Source of the DNA: an uncultured Spirochaetia bacterium
Lineage (GTDB): Bacteria > Spirochaetota > JAHITG01 > JAFGFC01
Direction: 5' to 3'
Assembly: GCA_964605455.1 (NCBI GenBank)
Contig: CAZSCZ010000002.1
Coordinates: 1-37,990 of the forward strand
DNA: 37,990 nt
In this document: positions 35,573-37,990 of the stretch, piece by piece
How positions within the stretch are numbered: position 1 is the first letter of the stretch
How the letters are laid out: each line of letters begins with the position of its first letter
The notes under the pieces: model-generated
Database searches by the model: none
What the model saw: only the letters and a program-made list of their open reading frames with translations
What the model was told of the DNA's origin: nothing
Program-made: the position numbers and the translations under genes

Positions 35573-35662
35573 AATGAAACAAAGCCTTATCAACAGGGAA
35601 AATGACATTAAATAGGATACTTTTCAGGAAACAAGAAATTTCTGTAGAAATTAATCAAAAAC

Positions 35663-35727
35663 TTGAAAAATAGATTTTATTTTATAAATTTGTTAAGTGC
35701 TAAATAATTGAAAGTGCTCAATAATTT
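35663..35727 (+). promoter_or_regulatory. promoter TTGAAA-N16-TAAATT followed by a tandem 16-nt direct repeat (candidate operator)
   Basis: -35 at 35663-35668 and -10 at 35685-35690. AAGTGCTAAATAATTG at 35695-35710 and AAGTGCTCAATAATTT at 35712-35727, period 17. Confidence 0.45.
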
Positions 35728-35770
35728 AAATGGCAAAAGGCACAAAATTTTATGGTTCTTGGGTCATATT

Positions 35771-35965
35771 ATGAGTCTAAAATCACGCTCCAGAGAGAGA
35801 CGTAAAAGAATTGTAGCAAATTATGCAAAAAGCTTTGAAGAGGCAGAAAAATGGGACTTAGAGTTCTGGCAGAAACAAACTCCACAGATGCGACTTTCAG
35901 CTCTGGTGGCAATTAGAGAGGATATTAAAAAAATCAATTCAGAGAAATTAAAAGAAGAAGTCTAA
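35771..35965 (+). CDS. small basic protein, candidate antitoxin/partner of the downstream nucleotidyltransferase
   Basis: MSLKSRSRERRKRIVANYAKSFEEAEKWDLEFWQKQTPQMRLSAL.... Its stop overlaps the downstream ATG (TAATG). The start is uncertain: the track TTG 35708 lies inside the direct repeat. Confidence 0.45.
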   Translation: MSLKSRSRERRKRIVANYAKSFEEAEKWDLEFWQKQTPQMRLSALVAIREDIKKINSEKLKEEV

Positions 35966-36426
35966 TGGAAACAATAAAAGATTTTGAGGATTTATTATTT
36001 TTATTTGAAAAATATAAGGCGAAATATCTCATTGTTGGTGGGTTAGCCTTTATATTTTATGCAAAACCACGATATACAAAAGATATGGATATCTGGATTG
36101 ATCCAACTTTACAAAATATAAAAAAAGTAAATAAAGCACTTGCTGAATTTGGTTCACCGTATTTAGTATCTATTCCAATAAAAAAAGATGAAATTCTCCA
36201 ATTGGGGCTCCCACCAAACCGAATAGATATTATGTTAAAAATTCCTGGAGCACAATTTAGTTCCTGTTGGAAGAAAAAAGTGCGAAGTAAATATGGAAAA
36301 ATAAAAGTTAACTGGATTGATATGGATACCCTGATAAAAGTAAAAAAGAAAATAAATCATCCACGACATCAAGAAGATGTTAGAATATTAATGCAAATTA
36401 AACAAACGAAAAAGAAATTTGATTAA
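35965..36426 (+). CDS. minimal nucleotidyltransferase-fold protein
   Basis: ...KAKYLIVGGLAFIFYAKPRYTKDMDIWID...LQLGLPPNRIDIM.... The G-G...D-x-D pattern and size match small NTases that pair with short upstream genes, judged from memory. Confidence 0.5.
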   Translation: METIKDFEDLLFLFEKYKAKYLIVGGLAFIFYAKPRYTKDMDIWIDPTLQNIKKVNKALAEFGSPYLVSIPIKKDEILQLGLPPNRIDIMLKIPGAQFSSCWKKKVRSKYGKIKVNWIDMDTLIKVKKKINHPRHQEDVRILMQIKQTKKKFD

Positions 36427-36605
36427 ATTATTATCTAAACAGCAGATAGTATGTTTCGGCTACATCTGCCATTAATTGAGTGAAATATTATGCAAAACAG
36501 GAAAAGACCTGAATAATTTTCAGTTTTATAAAGAACAGATTTGTATTATGTTAGATAGATGTATTGGCAAAAAAGTTATCTGTCATTGCGTGTAAGGAAT
36601 AGAGT

Positions 36606-37412
36606 ATGAACAAAATAGATTTCTCAAGAATTGCAACAGAATATGAAGGATATGCTACAGCTCAAAAATCAGCGTCAGAAATACTGCTAAAACTTCTGAG
36701 AATTGGAGATAATTATGACATTTTAGATTTAGGATGCGGAACAGGGAATTTAACGAGAAAGATAAGAAGTTTGACAAATGGAAAGGTTGTAGGAATTGAG
36801 CCTTCTGAAGGGATGATAAAAGAAGCTATCAAAAAAAGTAGAGGGTTAGACATAGTGTATGAAATTAAAAGTGCAGAAGAAATAGACTACAAGGAAAGTT
36901 TTGATGTTATTTTTTGTAATTCAGTCTTTCAGTGGTTGAAAGAGCCCGAGAAAGTAATAAAAAATTGCTACAGAGCATTAAGAACAAATGGAAGAGTTGG
37001 CATTCAGGCACCTGCAAAGAAAATATATTGTCCAAATTTTATAAAAGCTATTGAAACAGTGAAGAGAGATAAAAGGACAAAAGAGATATTTGCGCACTTT
37101 AAGGAACCATGGTTCTTCCTTGAAACCGCAGAAGAATATAAATCTCTATTTGAAAAGAATGGTTTCAAAGTTGTGTTTTCAAAAATTGCGCGCGTTATAA
37201 CAGCACATACGCCTGAAGAAATGTTTAAAATATTTTCTTCGGGCGCTATAGCTGGATATTTAAACCAAGATTACTATGATACGGAGTTGACGGAAAACTA
37301 TATCCAGGCATTCAAAGAGATTGTGAAAGAATCATTTGAACAGCAAACGAATGAAAACGGGATGGTAAAATTAAAGTTCAACAGAATATTCTTAATAGCG
37401 GTAAAAGAATAA
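36606..37412 (+). CDS. class I SAM-dependent methyltransferase
   Basis: Motif I ILDLGCGTGNLT, post-I VVGIEPS, and FDVIFCNSVFQWL (trans-aconitate/Tam-like pattern). Confidence 0.8.
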   Translation: MNKIDFSRIATEYEGYATAQKSASEILLKLLRIGDNYDILDLGCGTGNLTRKIRSLTNGKVVGIEPSEGMIKEAIKKSRGLDIVYEIKSAEEIDYKESFDVIFCNSVFQWLKEPEKVIKNCYRALRTNGRVGIQAPAKKIYCPNFIKAIETVKRDKRTKEIFAHFKEPWFFLETAEEYKSLFEKNGFKVVFSKIARVITAHTPEEMFKIFSSGAIAGYLNQDYYDTELTENYIQAFKEIVKESFEQQTNENGMVKLKFNRIFLIAVKE

Positions 37413-37416
37413 TAGC

Positions 37417-37456
37417 TTGTAGGGGTTTGATAAATCAGCCTCCTTACAATTTTTTT
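37417..37456 (+). terminator. rho-independent terminator after the methyltransferase gene
   Basis: Stem TTGTAGGGG (37417-37425) / CTCCTTACAA (37441-37449, includes G-U pairs), followed by T7 at 37450-37456. Confidence 0.55.
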
Positions 37457-37482
37457 GTTTGTTTATCAAATTATTATAATTT

Positions 37483-37770
37483 ATGCTTAAAATTAAGCTC
37501 CCATTCATTATTACCGCTTTTTTGTCATTGCAATGTAACAAAGTAACTGAAGCAATTTCAAAAAAAGTTCGCTTCGCTTTAATTGTTCAAATTGATTATC
37601 ATACACTATATATCAGGATAGACCCTAAAAAACAAGATGTTATAAATCAAAGAGTAAATGAAGATGTGGTTTTAGATATAGGAGAAGGGGATAGAATAAT
37701 TGGTATAGAAATAATGAATGCTGCAAAAAGGATCAATCTTAAAGAGATATTTCCTGTTAAGATAATATAG
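37483..37770 (+). CDS. DUF2283-like small protein (start uncertain)
   Basis: C-terminal 60 aa ...IDYHTLYIRIDPKK...VVLDIGEGDRIIGIEIMNAAKR... fits the DUF2283 pattern (YD.e.D.lyI.l...v.lD.d..G.ivGIEil.as). The N-terminal 35 aa of the ORF are not family-like. Confidence 0.45.
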   Translation: MLKIKLPFIITAFLSLQCNKVTEAISKKVRFALIVQIDYHTLYIRIDPKKQDVINQRVNEDVVLDIGEGDRIIGIEIMNAAKRINLKEIFPVKII

Positions 37771-37860
37771 TATAGAACAGTCTAAAAAAGTTACAGAAAA
37801 AAATTTGTGATGAAAGTTAATTTTTATTGATACGACCACTAACTTGCGTTTCACGAAAAG

Positions 37861-37888
37861 CCAAAGGCTTTATATACCAGCCTTTTGG
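37861..37888 (+). terminator. terminator-like stem-loop immediately upstream of the putative intron
   Basis: CCAAAGGCT (37861-37869) / AGCCTTTTGG (37879-37888), 9 bp with one bulged T and a 9-nt loop. Confidence 0.4.
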
Positions 37889-37896
37889 TGGGCGTG

Positions 37897-37990
37897 GTGT
37901 GCCTCTGACCGATAGGCTCCATCGCTGAGGCTCGGAGCCTATCGGGTGGTGGGTCGGAAAGTCGCCTATCCGCAACTAAAGGAGATGGCA
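37897..37990 (+). mobile_element. putative 5' end of a class C (IIC) group II intron, cut by the window edge
   Basis: Starts GTGTGCC, as does the Oceanobacillus iheyensis IIC intron (GUGUGCCCGG...). It then has a 12-bp G+C-rich hairpin and CUAUCGGGUGGUGGGUC, resembling CUAUAGGGUGAGAGUC of that intron. G+C rises abruptly here, and the position just after a terminator-like hairpin fits. Confidence 0.4.

Noticed and set aside
36431-36560. Integron attC site: ATCTAAAC near 36433 and GTTAGAT near 36551 (R''/R'-like, about 125 nt apart). Also GTTAAGT at 35692-35698 before the first cassette-like gene
   Set aside because: GTTRRRY occurs by chance roughly once per kb at this composition. The internal L''/L' pairing is poor. 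The other spacers (37413-37482, 37771-37896) have no matching cores, and no intI is present. I keep it only as a remote CALIN possibility.
37897-37990. RNase P RNA, because of CGGAAAGUCGCC resembling the conserved GGAAAGUCCGGGC
   Set aside because: The near-universal UCCGG of the P4 strand is replaced (UCGCC). The preceding architecture does not fit P1-P3 spacing well, and the GTGTGCC start after a terminator-like hairpin fits a IIC intron better. Only a covariance-model search on the extended contig can settle it.

Overview
AT-rich (by eye about 30% G+C, not computed) chromosomal segment from a diderm bacterium that I cannot place taxonomically. Diderm markers are outer-membrane beta-barrels, a TonB-dependent receptor and LolA; FlgM, RNase Y and V-type ATPase subunits are also present. 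About 36 protein genes are supported and most are housekeeping. On the plus strand: hflX (5' end cut by the window), an unknown 601-aa protein, an AmmeMemoRadiSam-type radical SAM enzyme, an AEC transporter, and an OMP plus TonB-receptor pair. On the minus strand: a CoADR-like oxidoreductase, a CBM48 lipoprotein, an OMP, V-ATPase H/C, a TolB-like protein, an Fe-ADH-like protein, flgM, rsmI and an acyl-CoA ligase, then a long run tlyA-dxs-ymdB-rny and pgpA-pgsA-rimO-rodZ-lolA-ftsK. From about 35.4 kb the content turns accessory: a small protein plus minimal nucleotidyltransferase pair, a SAM methyltransferase, a DUF2283 protein, and what looks like the 5' end of a class C group II intron cut by the window edge. 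I saw no rRNA, tRNA, CRISPR array or transposase. The unexplained signal is mostly non-coding. (1) A G+C-rich three-helix RNA with a GNRA-capped stem sits in the 230-nt leader of a flippase-like/metalloenzyme operon. (2) A two-block hairpin element has two copies. (3) A 30-nt hairpin repeat family shows compensatory stem changes across two, possibly three, intergenic regions. Other notable points: an in-frame TAG splits a four-domain CBM48 gene, the Fe-ADH homologue appears to lack all metal ligands, the V-ATPase H/C pair has no other subunit genes nearby, sigma-28-type promoters precede flgM, and several promoters abut start codons (leaderless candidates). All structure and homology statements come from reading the sequence and from memory of family motifs; no search was run.
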